Positions 39,201 through 52,691 of a stretch of DNA of 64,000 nt are shown here, piece by piece. The notes beneath the pieces are model-generated. The model saw only the letters and a program-made list of their open reading frames with translations, had not been told where the DNA came from and did not search any database. How positions within the stretch are numbered: the stretch's first letter is position 1; each line of letters opens with the position of its first letter. Position numbers and translations under genes: made by a program. This DNA comes from Glaucostegus cemiculus (lineage: Eukaryota), in the NCBI GenBank assembly GCA_976551045.1, contig CDPCPM010000011.1:19592001-19656000 (forward strand). The letters run 5' to 3'.

Positions 39201-39637
39201 TAGTTGGTCTTCGGAGGATCCTACGGTTAAAAGCACTAGATTTCATTATAAATAGAAAAATTCCCTGCCTGTATGTTGATTATTGTATGCTAACCATGCA
39301 TTGATAGTACTTCCCTCCTCACCAATAATGCTAACTTTTCATATGCATGTTTTCTAAGATACTAATCTTATTCTGACTTCATTAGTGCAGAATGCTCTTT
39401 ACTTATTTTTGCTTAATTTTTGCAACCAATAGTTAATAGTTTGGCATTTATCATACTTAAAATGTAATTTTCTTCCCTGAATAATGCTGAAGTTATCAAA
39501 TCTACATGAAGAAAAATATATTTGCAAACAAATAATTGTTTTAAATCTCCATTATTGGGACTGAGAAGCAAAAATTAAACATTTTATTCAAAAATTTTTA
39601 CATCTGTGTTAACCACTGTCTGGTCCCCTTTTCTAAG

Positions 39638-42600
39638 CTGGAGCCACCTTTGGCAAGTTCTAATGCCTGGCAACAGCTACAGAAGCTGAACCAGGACCTG
39701 CAAGCTGAGCTGGAAGTCCAACGGCAAAAACAGGAGGTGGCTAATACACAAGCCCAGAGCCAAAAAAAGAGCTACCAGGATGCCAAGGAGCTCTTAAGAC
39801 AACAAGAGGCAAAAATGCAAAATCTTCAGGCCAGACTGGACATTTCTTTGTCAGAGGTAGCCATTAATGAACAGTCATTATCCAAAGCACAAAATGAGTT
39901 GAGACTTGAGCGTCAAAAGTACAAAGAACAAGCTGATGAGTATGAGAGAAAATTAAGTATGTTTAGCACTAAGCTTTGTGAGAGTGAAGAGAAACTTAGA
40001 GAAGTAGAGGGATTGCTTCTCGAAAAGACACAAAGTTTTAGGGATCTAGAAAGGCAAGTGGCTCTTCAGGACAACTATCAGCGAGAAGTGAAGCGGCTGC
40101 AAGATCATCTGGAAGAAACATGCAGTCGGCTACACAGCAGTGAACAGGAAGTTATTCTGAGTGAAGAACGTTTTAAGAAACAGTATGAAGGTCTGAAAGA
40201 AAAGTATGAAAAGGAAAAAAAGCTCTTGTCGCACAATGTACAGGAAGCTGAAGATAAGATCAGAGAATATGAAGATCGCCTACAGACTCTTGAGGCTCAG
40301 TTAGAGAGAGTTCAAAAAGAAAAATTGGCCACTTCCTTCAAAAGCAGTGAGATGGTGAGGCAAATGGAAGAACATGTTGAGATGAGTGAGGGGACAGTTA
40401 AGCGGCTTACCCATGATATAGACATCTTGTCAACTGAGAATGAACGATTAAATCAGCGCTATCAGGAAATAGTTAATCAGTTGACAGAAGCTGACAGAGA
40501 AGTTGAAGGGCTGAAGTTAGAACTGGTAAAGGATCGAGAAAGGTATCAAGACCTGAATGAAGATTTTGAAAAAGCTGTTCAAGAGGTGAATACACTGAAA
40601 AATGAAGTAGAAGAAACCAATTTTAAAATGGTATCAATGAAGAAATCATATGAGAGAGAATTGGAAAAGAAAAATAAGGACTTCAATGAGGCTTTAATCA
40701 AGCTAGAAGCTTTGGGCACCAGCTTGGAGGAGACAGAGAAGAAACTGCAGCTTAAGGAAGCCACACTTAAAGGCCTTGGTTGGCAAGTACCAACAGATAT
40801 TGATATGCTTCTAGAGAAAGAAAAAGAACTTCAAATCAAATTAGAAGAAGCGGAAGCTAGGTTAGCTGAACAGAGCATGAATCTGCAGATAACTGAAGCC
40901 AATTATAAGGGCCTTCTTTCCCAAAAAAACAAGCTTCAATCAGATTTGGAAATTTTAAAGAAACAAAATGAACATGTAACAAAAAGTAATCTTTCAGCAG
41001 TTGAAAATGTTCTTCAGTGCCCCACCACTTGGTCTGAACCAGAGGGAGACCAGAGCGCACGCAGTTCTAGTGTGCAGCTTTCTGAAGAATTGATGGCAAG
41101 GCTTCAGCATTTGGATGGCCAAGTGACAGTACTGACTGGTTCAGTAGTTCAAGCATTTTCTGAAAGTTGGTTTTCAGGGCTACCATCCTCTGAAAATACT
41201 GAAAGTTCTTGTGACTCAACAGTAGTGAATAGTTGCATTACAAACCTGAAAAAATGCCTGGCAATTGTATGCACACTTGAAACTAAATTATTCATAGCAG
41301 AACAAAACATTAACAAGGAAGCTGTTAGTCCTTTAGATACAAGACTCCATTGCGATGCTAAAAACCACGAAGGACTATTGGATCCTGGAGTTCATCCAAA
41401 AGGGAAGGGGTTAGAGAACCAACCATTAACATATTCTTTGTCCGAATATTTCTCCAGTTCAAATATCAAACATAATGTACTGGTCCAGGCTGAATTCCAG
41501 TCACTGCAAGCAAAACTGCTTCATTTACATCACGTTTTGGAAAGTTTACAACAGAAAATTGGTCAACTTGCACAAGAATGGGATATGGGAGAACATGGAC
41601 AATTGCGTGAATTAGTTCATGCATTAGGAGGTTCAGTACAATACTTGCAATGTATGGAAGAAGATTTAGCCAGAAAAAATAGAGTATTTTTTGGTGATGA
41701 ACCTTTAGTAAGAGATTCCTTAACAGAGGAGGAAAAGCTGAAATATTTAGCTGACAGACTTTCGCTTGAAGCAACAGCGCTTAACAATATAGCCAATGCT
41801 TTGCAGAATTCGGACTCCAGTGTGAAAAATACTTTAGATGAAATTAGAAAACAGGGTGAAAATGTTACTATGCCTTTGGTTTCTATGGATGATGTCAGTA
41901 CTCAAATTGGGCATGCTGTTCTTAATAAAATATTTATAGAAGGAGAGTTTTGGGCAAATATGCCTAAAATTCAGGAAGACAAGGTATCAGATGCTGAAGA
42001 GCAAATGAGCAAGCCCATCAGCAGTTACCTAAATATGATGGCAGACAGTAGCTTAATAAAAGGTGAAATATTGTTCTGGGCCCATAATATTTTGGAAATT
42101 TCAAAAGAAAAGCTGCAGCAACTGAAAGCACAGTACTCAAAAATACATCATAGAAGCCAGAACTGTGAACAGATGCTCAGGAATGTTGTAGCTGCGTATG
42201 GCACTTGCCGGCTTGATGAACTGATCAAAGAAATTCGGAATGAATTGAATAAAGATGAAGAAGAAGAATCATTGCTTTTCTGTTCTCAAGCTTGTAGACT
42301 ACCATCAGCATCTAATTCTGCTGATGAGGACTTTGAACTTTGTATAAGGACAGAGTTAGTGCAGCAAATTAAGAAAAATGCTTGCTTGTTGAAGAAAATG
42401 TCACACTGTATTCAATCAAGTGCAGATGATGAATTGGGCCTTCTGGCCAGAAAGTTTGTTCACAGTGTGGATTGCATACCCACATTAAGCAGACATTGTA
42501 ATGCAAAAGATATCTGGCCTTTTCTGCTACAAGATGCAATGATGCAAGCTGAATTGTCATACGTAATCTCCAAGATACAGTTAAAACATGATGTTGTGCA

Positions 42601-43357
42601 AAGTGGGAATAAACAATTGAGAGTGGACACTTTAGAAATGGAGCACTCAAACTCCATTACTTCATTGCAGGGTATGGATGTAGCTGAATTGAAGAAACAA
42701 AAAGAACAGGATATTAAGTTTAAAAAATTCAAAGGGGACCTTGCAGAGTTTAAACAGTCGGATATTTCAGAATCAGGTGCTGCTGCTTGGACAACTCATA
42801 TCCATATTGAGGGAGAACCAATTGACTCACTGGACAAGGCAATTGAACTTCAAGACATGGCAGCAAGGCATAAAAAAGAGCTACGTGAAGTGCGAGAAGC
42901 ATATGAAGCTGAGGTGGAGAAATTGAAAAGGGAGATAGCAAGAGCAGGGGAAACATTAAGGCTGAAAACAGAAGAAAATGTGAAGGAAATAGATTCATTG
43001 ACTATTTGCATGGAGAACTTGAAGGAAAAGCACGTTGAAGAGCTGAAGAGACGAGGAGAAGAATTTAAAATGGAGAAGAGAGAACTGGATAAAAAGTGTG
43101 CTAGGGTTAAAGAAGAGCTTACACGAGAAATTGAAGCTTTAAAAGAATGCAGAGATCCTAAAGAACTGGACCTAGTAAGTGATCTGCAGAGATCAACTGA
43201 CCCATACAGGAAAACAGCAAGTGAGATGCATTCCATGGCCCTGCTTAGAAACCGTATACAAGAGCTGGAGTCCCAGATAGATGCCATGAAAAATAAAATT
43301 GAAGCCAGTCCAACAAATCTGCGTGAGAAATATGAAAAGGACCTGGAGAATCTCAAG
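39638..43357 (+). CDS. MPRIP: Giant 3720-nt (1240-codon) cassette exon of the long MPRIP isoform; coiled-coil rich
   Basis: ccccttttctaag| acceptor in frame with ORF 39650..43486, and AAG|gtgtcc donor after KYEKDLENLK. The N-terminal part (AWQQLQKLNQDLQAELE...LLLEKTQ...LGTSLEETEKKLQLKE) matches the recalled long-isoform exon of MPRIP. Phase 0-0, so skipping keeps the frame. Confidence 0.9.
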
Positions 43358-45119
43358 GTGTCCATGTATTTAATACTGAATAGTAACTGCATGTTGGCTT
43401 GTAGCATTACACCTTGCTGTCAGCAGTTAGCTTATGTTTGTGTTCTGTTATGTGTCTCAATCTGCATGGCAGATAGAATTGCATGATTTGCTATTGGACT
43501 GGGCAAAGTCCTGAAGAGTACACTCCCTAAATTTTAGGGGGATGGTGGAAGGGGACAGATCCTGCAGCTGACAAATATGCTGGATAAATAAGAAACTGCT
43601 GGCATTATATTTGCATAAAAGAATGGATATTGAAGCTGTCTGGTTTTGAGCCAAGAGTTTGCACCCAGAAAAAGTACCTAAAATTTGCCCAGTTCTTCTG
43701 TGTCTGTCTTTTTGAGTTTACTGTGTGCTCTTAAGCATTTTTTTTTCTAATGCAGTAGAACCCATTTATCTACTATTTGTCTGAAGTAGATTTGGTTGAG
43801 TTATCAGAAAGGCTTTGAAGATTTTAGTGTTCTGTTGTATCCTAAAATCAAAGTATTAGAATATCTTTTTCTAATGTATAAACCATTATGACTTTGTTTA
43901 CTGTTGTCCAGCCTTTGGCATTAAAAGATTTTATTCATCGCTTAAGCTTCATTGATTAGGCCATTTTGACTTTGAGTAAATTTGTCAACAAGTAAAACCT
44001 TTACAAAGATGTACAAAAGTCTCTAATTACTCTTGCTTTAACATTTTGTTTTAAATTTCATCCTTATTTTATTAAGATTAAATTTCCTGTTAACATTTTA
44101 TTGATGTGTTCAGGTTCATTTTGAATGCATCGTTTTGATAAGTAATTTATATTTCTGGTGGAACAGTGGGTTCAATTGCATTTGATTAAAAGCATCCCTT
44201 CACAGGAATCAAGCTGTGCTTGGCAATGTAAGTTGGTGACTGTGTTACCTTCAGTGTTTGACCTAATGCTATGCAATTAATATATGAATCTCCTTTTCTT
44301 TTCCTTTCTCTTTCAGCTGGCTACATATCTCTATCGCACCTTTTGAGACATTAATAAACTAACAACTTATTTTGTTTACCAACTGATGTCATAAAGATCC
44401 TTATGTTATATTTTCTATGCAAGAAAAGGTCTCATTTCACATTGACTGTTGAAAGTTTTAAGTTGTCCCTAAAAACTGTGCCTTGGATAACTTGAGGTGA
44501 TTATCTCAATCAAGGCTCTTTTTTGACTGGAGACAGTCAAATTAAACCAGCACGTGCAAGGGAACATTTTTCTCCATGACAATGTTAAAAGTTACAAATA
44601 TCATGAAAACAAAGTTGGTCCCCAATTCAAATCCTGATTATATGGTGTAAGGAGGTGCACTATTATGGATGTTGAACTTAGATAGTGAGAAGAGAAAATT
44701 TCATGGACCTCACTTCTAGTGGCTCTCATTTGAGTCCTTGTAGCAGTATGTGGATGATTGAATCAGTGTGCTGTCATCAGGACTGACTGCTGGACTGAGA
44801 TTAGAGGGCATCTAGGACCTCTGGACTTGACACCACCAAAAAGTCAATGCTATATATTTGTATGTATGCTTGTGTGTGGGTTTGAGGGGGTGGAATTGGT
44901 GGGAGGGAGAGGTATGAGAGCATTGGAAGCTGATGAATTTCAGAAAATGCACTAAGCATAATTATTGAGCTTTATAATGGCAGAAATTACAAACGCACAA
45001 AGGAGTTTATTTTGGGATTAAAATTCAGTAGTTACCAACTATTAAAGAAAGCATTTTAAACTCTTATAAAAGGGAGGTGTTGGCTTCACTATTTCTATTT
45101 TTAAGAGCACGCAGACATT

Positions 45120-45920
45120 CAAATTAGAAGCAAAATTGCATCATCTAGCCCTTCAAGCCTTCTCTGTCATTTAAGATCATTTAAATTCAACTCCACCTTC
45201 CCATTCTTCTTTGAACTTTTCATCCCTTGCTTATACTTGTCTGCCTTAAATTCAAATGCTCTGCTTCCATTGCCTTATCAGGAAGAATGTTTCAAAGACG
45301 CTCAAACTTCTGAATTTAAAAAAATGCCTCACTTCTCTCTTAAGCAGGCCACTCTTATTTTTACACAGTGACCCCCAATTCTAAATCCCACCACCACCCC
45401 CCAACCCTGTCAGGACCCCTCAGGAGCTTGTATGTTTGTATCAGGTTCCCCCTCCCAAACTCCTGCAAACATCAGTGTAGTCTGTGCAACTCATAAGAAA
45501 CCCTACCCATTTCAGCTATTGGTCTCATAAACCTTCTCTGAACTCCTTGCAGCAAAGTTACATCCTTAAGTAAGGAAACAAAACTGTACACAGTTCTCTA
45601 GATGTGGTCTTACCAATTTACTATACAACTGAAGAATTGCCTTTCTATTTTCATATTCAATTCATCTTGCAGTAAACGGTGACATTTGCTAGCTTTCATA
45701 ATTACTTACTGTAAACCTGCATATTGGCTATTTGCAAATCATGCACTAGGGGCACCCAGATCCCTCTGCATCTCAAAACTCTGTAGTTTCATCATTTAGG
45801 TAACGTGCTTTTATATATTACCTGCTAAGATGGACAATTTCACATTTTCCTACATTTTACTCCATTTGCCAAATCTTTGTCTACTCACTTAACCTGTCCA
45901 TATCTCCTTGGCACCTCTTT
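45120..45920 (-). mobile_element. Decayed CR1 3' fragment
   Basis: aaactgtacacagttctctagatgtggtcttacc (RPHLExCVQF on minus) and cccagatccctctgc (QRDLG). Confidence 0.75.
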
Positions 45921-48638
45921 TAAATTTGTTGCTTACTCTGAATGTATTATGAAAATTGAAACCTGTGCAAGATGATAGCCAAGAAGCAGCTGTTGCATAT
46001 GAAAGTATTTTTGTTTGTTGAGGTATTGATTGATTTTTGTATTAAAAATGTCAAACATCTTACCCTGATTCTTACTGTAATCAGTGGAATCATTGCAATA
46101 TTTTTCACTGTTACTGGTTATAACTTGAACCAGTTGAAAAACTGATCTGTTGGGAATGCAGCAAGATCTCCAGCTGACGGCATCTCTCCTAAGGTCAGTC
46201 AATTACCAGGCTGTTGCAAAGTCACAACATTTATTCTAATAAATGGATCTGCTTTATGCTGCAGAGAACTCTTTCCCTTCAGAATACCAGCCAATAGTTG
46301 GGAATGTGAAGTGAGTATGTGTGGGTAAAATCTAAATGGAGAATCATTTTTTTTAAATATTAAAAGCCTTCACATCCCCTTTAATAAATTTATATTGCCA
46401 ATGATTTCTGATGCATATTTGTAGTTCTTGGTTTCACAACTTTACAGCACTGCATGTCTTTATAGGAAGAAGAGATAATGTGTCTTTTAACACCCAATAC
46501 TGTCCTAGGGTGAAATTCAGACAAGAATTTTCCACAGTTGTTTATCCATTGTTCTTTTGAAGTAACGTGTTATGCATCAGTTATTTTAGAAGAAATGGAG
46601 TACAGAATCCAAATTTTATATGGGAACGGAATGACCCAGTAGTGCAAATGGTGCACTGTTACAAAGGCAGTCATGTTCTCATGGAACTGCAAGTTTAAAT
46701 TGCATGAACTTATTTGACCCACATGCAACATCTGTTCTAACATTACCAGGAATAGAAGAGATATGAGAATGGAAAGCAAATTATATTTTTTCTCTCCTAG
46801 AGTATTGTGTGTATTAAAGCAATAGATCAAAACTAATAACTTACCAGTCCCATTGGGATTCACTTGCAGCAATACCACATGTCCTACATACATGTATAGG
46901 GAACAACATCACTGCTCATTTGATGACTTTTTTGGGGGTTCACAGGGGCCTTTCAAGAAAAGAAAACTTATTGGGCTTGGGATTATTTTTACTTAGAAAT
47001 TAGCATGTGCAGTAATTCTTGGATTTTCTTTTCTGCTTAGTTGGCCATTAATGTTAGGAAGTAGCAAAACTGTGTGAAAATACAAAGCACAGTTATTCAT
47101 TAATAAATTATAAGATTGAGTAGAGTAAAATCTAACTGAAAAGATTTTAGCAATGGAAAGGCATAATTCATATAACTGATTGCCCAGTTAATTCCACGTT
47201 ACCATGAGGAAACCCTTGCAAAATCCAGGCTATTGTCTCATGGGAAATGTCTTTGTTAAATTCCTCTAGAATATACAACATTAGTTATCTCAAAATGTTA
47301 ATGGGAACCAAACTGTCTGTCCTGCAGTTCATGTAGTACAGTCTCTTTTAATTACAGCAAGTTAGTGATTTACATAAATTCCCATTTTGGAGGGATTTTT
47401 TTTATTCAAGATGTTCTGAATACAAGTTTAGGCAAATGCTAAGTTTTTTGGGCCTGGAGTACTTTTTTTAAAATTGCATTTGATATACAAAGAAGTCACT
47501 TCATTTAGTCTGAAATGTGCAGTGAGTGTGGGAAAAGTAAAGCTTGATCTCTTTTTGTGTACTTCCTAATGGACAATATTGTCAGAAACATGAGCAACTT
47601 CCATCCTTGGCTTGTGTCTGGTGCACTGAAACTTAATTTAGTTCCAGATTTGTGTTGCTTAGCTCCTACCAGGAGCAACAATTGGATTGATACCTGTGCC
47701 ATCATCTGCATTTAGATTAGGAATATCAAGGCTGAATGGCTATTTGGTGTGAAATCTCACACCAATTATGGTCTGCCATTTTTAAACATGGGCAGGAAGG
47801 AAAGAGGAATAAGGAATAACAGTGGTCAATGAAACTCCAGGAACAGTGAAATAAAAACTTGAGGTAAAAGCCAAAGAACAATATTGTACAATGCACATTA
47901 ACAACACTTCACATAAGGAATACAAGCTTTTGCACAAACTAAACTTCACACAATGTGCCGTCAGTCTTTTAAGGTTGTGCATCTATGTAAGTGTTAGCAT
48001 ATCATTCCATATGTAAGATTTGTATGACACGTCTCCAATAATGCTTACAGAACATAAATTCCTTCCAATGTGCATCTAGTATGATGCTGTTCAGCACACA
48101 GCTCTTTGTTCTTTATAGAACCAGTCAGTGGTGGTTTTGTTTATTGATAATATGGACATTGGAAGCTTGATTAAAAATTGGCAACATGGCATTAGCTAAT
48201 GACTGATTATCAATGAAAGTTTATGTTTGACCCACTTCTCCTGGAGGATTTGAATCAGGGACCCAACCATAAAAAGACAGACTTTGAACATTGGAATAAA
48301 TGTTGCAGTTGGTGCAGTTTGTAGCAGCAAATTGTAAATCTGTGATACTATTACCAGAGTGCTGCTTCCATGGTATTACTGAGACCTTCTTATTCTGTAT
48401 ATTTTATTACATAGATAACTTCTTGTTGACTTTTACTAATTAAGATAATCAGGCAGGAAAAAATATAGATGTAAAGCACTTTTTAATCAGACTCATACTA
48501 AATAAAAGACACTTTTAAAAGGATCCCATAAATTTTGGCTAGTGCAGCATCAATGCAATAACTCGTTATTACCAATACCATTTAAGTGCATTTGGGGGAA
48601 AAATGCTCAGAATTAACATTTCCCCTTTGATGTTCTAG

Positions 48639-48786
48639 GCTACATGTGAACGTGGGTTTTCTGCTATGGAAGAATCACATCAAAAGGTAATAGAGGAACT
48701 GCACCGGCAGCATCAACGAGAGCTAGAGAGCTTAAAGGAAGACAAAGAGCGGCTTCTAGCAGAAGAGACGGCTGCCACCATCTCTG
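48639..48786 (+). CDS. MPRIP: MPRIP-family coding exon (C-terminal coiled coil)
   Basis: gttctag| acceptor and G|gtaggt donor. [49 protein letters not shown]. 148 nt, phase 0 to 1. Confidence 0.96.
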
Positions 48787-49444
48787 GTAGGTGAAAGTAC
48801 CAAGAAGAGTATGGTGAAGGTGAAGAGTATGAATGACTGGAATCTGCACTAATTTAAAAAAAAGGTGGATGATTAATATTATGATGAAATATACTCAGGA
48901 ATACCTTCATGCCATGCCTTTTGCATTAATGTGTGAAAAATTCCAAATGTCACCATTGCACGTTACAAACTTCAGTACCTAGAACAGGAACATTGATATT
49001 AAATTTTAAAAAATGCTGGGAATACTCAGATCAGGCCAGGTCTGTTGTGAGAAGTAGAACTAATATTTACCGATCAACTTGTGGAATAGAACTTGCTATC
49101 ATGTCAGAAAATTACATTCATCAGAACTGAGAATAGTTAGAAATCAAATAAATTGCAAAGAGGAAATAGTGGAGAATAAAAAGGCAGTGCCAGCAATAAG
49201 GTGGACACCAAGAGCATAGACCATACAAGTGGTGATACAAGTTGCATAGTGGAATTCTAAAAGGGGAGAAGTTAAATATTGGTGTTGCTTGATTTCCCCA
49301 TTGTAAGTAGGAAGTAAAATCCCATATTTGATGCTCATTATTTGAACAGTACATCCCCAGATTGCTTGAGGAAAGGCAATAAGTATAGGGTATTTTTTGA
49401 GAATCCAGGTCAGAGAATAAAATTGGAAACTGCACAATGGTTAA

Positions 49445-49950
49445 GAGAGTCAGAGAGAGGTACGGCAAGGAAACGGGCCCTTCAGCCCACTGAGTCTGCA
49501 CAACTATCAACCACCTATTTGCACTTTTTTAATCCCCACTTTTTTAAATTCTTACCACATTTTCCTTAACTCACCCCAGGTTCTACCACTCACCTACACA
49601 CTAGAGACAATTTGCAGTGTCCAATTAACCTACCAACCTGCACGTCCTTGGAATGTGAATGAAAACCTGACCACCTAAAGAAAACCTAAAATAAAAACCA
49701 AAAATGCTGGAAATAATCAGTGGGCCAGGGCGCATCTGTGGGAAGAGAAACATTTCAGGTTGACAAAGAGTCTTCTGGCATTTTCTGTTTTTATTTTGGA
49801 TTTCCAGCATCTGCAGTTCTTTAAATTTTCATTTACCAGAGGAAACTTGTGTGGTCACAGGTAGCATATGAAAACTCCACACAGACAGCACAATCAGATT
49901 GAACCTAATAACTGAGGCAGTGACTCTAATAGCTGCATCACTGTGCTGCC
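49445..49950 (-). mobile_element. Old HE1/V-SINE with CR1-type tail, interrupted by a short Penelope-derived fold-back (~49685-49830)
   Basis: Tail ggaaacgggcccttcagcccactgagtc, body ccaattaacctaccaacctgcacgtccttggaatgtg, head aaactccacacagacagc...ttgaacc...cactgtgctgccc. Confidence 0.7.
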
Positions 49951-51654
49951 CCTAAGGACTGTATGATATAGTATCTCTTTCATAAGTAGTCTGGTGACAA
50001 CTTGTTTTTGAGGCACCATATAAGGTTGACAAAGCTTTAACCAGGTGTTCTTAGTAGTAGAACATCCTCCAGACTTGTAGCCTATGCGTGTCATTTGCTT
50101 TACTTATATAATACAATTCTAATCCACTTGGAATAGCAAAACACAAAGTATGCCAAAGGCATTACCTTTATAATGTAATTTAGTAAAAAAGGTTAGTGTG
50201 ATTTGCCAGGTGTGTTTGATTATTATGGATCGTGCAAGTGCCAGGTAAATGCCAGCTTTTGATATGTGTTCTATTCGTCAGGGCATGGCTTGAATGTAGT
50301 CTTTTAATATGGAAGCAAGTTCTGCCCTACAGGTTGAAATTACTAGGATAATAAGATGACTGGATGACCAAAATAATAATTCTAGAGGCTACATTTTTAA
50401 CACCAGGTCAGTTGCACTGAACATTGTGCAAGGCTGGGAAAATCTGAATCTCCCAAACAAATGTTTTATTTCCAGCTCAGTCGTAGCCAGAAATCCATGG
50501 CAAAATTTGACTGAAATGCCAGACAGAAATTCTTTGTAATGCTATAACATTATATTTGGCATAAATTATGTAGGTAGGTTAGATTTTTTTTTACAGTTCT
50601 ACAGCATTGTGTGCAGTGGGCAAACAATAAAAGAAAAAAAATGTAAAGACCTGATTTTAGTGTCGGAACTTTTTCTTCATAAGTGCTATCCCAGTATGAC
50701 CAGTGGGGCTCCATAGATCACTTCACTCCATAACTAAGTATTTCCCTTAACTTGCATACATCACTAGTTATTGTTACACATTGTTCACATAAAGAATTTA
50801 TCTGTCTAAAGAAGAGAATGGGTCCTTCCAAGTTTCCAGGCCCATAACATGTAAATCATAGAAAATAGCTGGGTTTCATGAACTATATTTTTATACTGTG
50901 CGGGTGTTTCTTGATAGAACATTCTAAGTATATATTTTAGGATATAGTAGGGGGGAAAATAGAACGTAGGTTCTACAAGGTTTAAATTGTGACATTTAAG
51001 AAGACTGGATAACCTGGCTGTTGTAAGAATTGAGGTGGTATGAAATGTACAGGATCTTTGTTCAGGTACAGTTCAAAATAAGCCAAATGATACGCAAGTC
51101 AATGACTGTGTTCTACATTGTAGGCATAAAGTCATTTAACTAAAATGGAAGCTTTTCTCGTAGTAAATGAACGAGAGAGTTTGCTGATGCCCATGAAGTT
51201 ATAATAATGAGATGTAGCTGCAGTTGTGGAATTCTTCCTTGGGTTTTGGAAGCATTTATTTCCAATAGAGTTCAACCTTTTGGCTTGTATTCTGTAACCA
51301 CATTTCCTCACTGATCTTTCAATGTTGTAACCTCTATGGAAATGATATCCGTTAGGGTTATGTGGAGATATAACCAAATATGGGAACACTTCTAGTGCAA
51401 TCATAACTGCATCATAGTTGTGTTTCCCATTGGTCTTCCGTCTGCTAGAGAAAAATCTGCTTAAAAAATGATAATGTTGACCATTAAATTTGCATTCTAC
51501 AAAAATATAATAAAGTTCTGCCAGCTAACCTTTTCATTGAATAATCTTGGAAATGTTGGTTGTTTCCAGTTGAAATGATTCTACATCAGTTTTTAATTTA
51601 ACCAGAATTTTCACATTAGCTGATCAATAAGGTCAGGTTCAAATCCATTCTAAT

Positions 51655-52050
51655 AAATGCCTAGACTGGAAGGTTTGAGTTGTAAGGAGAGATTGGATGG
51701 CTGGGATGGTTTTCACTAGAGTGAAGGAGGCTGAGTAGTCACTTTAGAGATTTATATGGGGCATAGGTAGGGTAGATAGTCTTTTGCTTTTACAAGGTCA
51801 AGGGCGTTTAAAACTAGAGGGCATAGGTTTAAAGTGAGGGGGGAAAGATTTTTAAAGGGGATCTGAGGGGCAAGTTTTTTTTTTACTCAAGATGGTGGGT
51901 TTATGGAATGAGCTGGTAGAGGCAGGTACAGTTAGTGTTCAAACGACATTGGGACATGTACATGGAAAGGAAAGGTTTAGAGAAATTTGGGTCAAATGCA
52001 GACAAATGGCATTAGAATAGATAAGCAACTTGGTCAGCATGGACCAACCG
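51655..52050 (+). mobile_element. CR1 3' fragment
   Basis: aaaactagagggcataggtttaaagtgagggggg...gatctgaggggcaag (TRGHRFKVRG) plus 3' UTR. Confidence 0.8.
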
Positions 52051-52691
52051 TAATGTACAGATACAAAAACTGCTGTGACTCAACATTAAGCATTCAGAAG
52101 AGAATTTTTAAGTTAACTTGGAAGTATAAAAGATAAGATAGTGCCCATATCTCTGCAAAAGAGACTTCAAACTGCTGAACACTTTTAAAAAAAATTGTGT
52201 TTGAAGATTGCTGACCTTCTGGAGTGTTGGCACTCAAACCACTTTCTCACCATTTTCCTGAAAATTAAGGAATTGTTACATTTCTTAGTCTCCCTCTTCT
52301 TCTCTTAACAGCACTGCAGACTTTTCCGCACTTATCTTGCCTCTAGTAGTTCCGTCTTTGATATGCCCGGAGCTAAGGCACTGGTTCATCTACATTATTT
52401 TAAAAGATTTTTTTAAAACTTTTTACTTCTTAATAATGTAAGGTTATCAATGGTAAATTTCAGTGTAGAAAATTAGACCAATAATATATGTGATTAAAAT
52501 AAATGTATTAAAATTAATTGCAATAGTTTAACAGTATTTGTAGTCTTGGTGTAAATGAGTGTTGATGGTCAGTGCTGACTCAGTGGGCGGAAGGGCTTGT
52601 TTCATGCTGTATGAATCGATGATTGTATGTGGGGGTAGGTAATAGAATGTCACATCAACTTTTTCCAACGACTTGACTTCGTGATGCAGAT

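Noticed and set aside
39650-43486. 1278-aa ORF as a stand-alone single-exon gene
   Set aside because: It starts at a TTG just inside a splice acceptor, and homology to MPRIP resumes in exon 48639 directly after ...ENLK. The last 42 codons are intron read-through past the donor at 43357.
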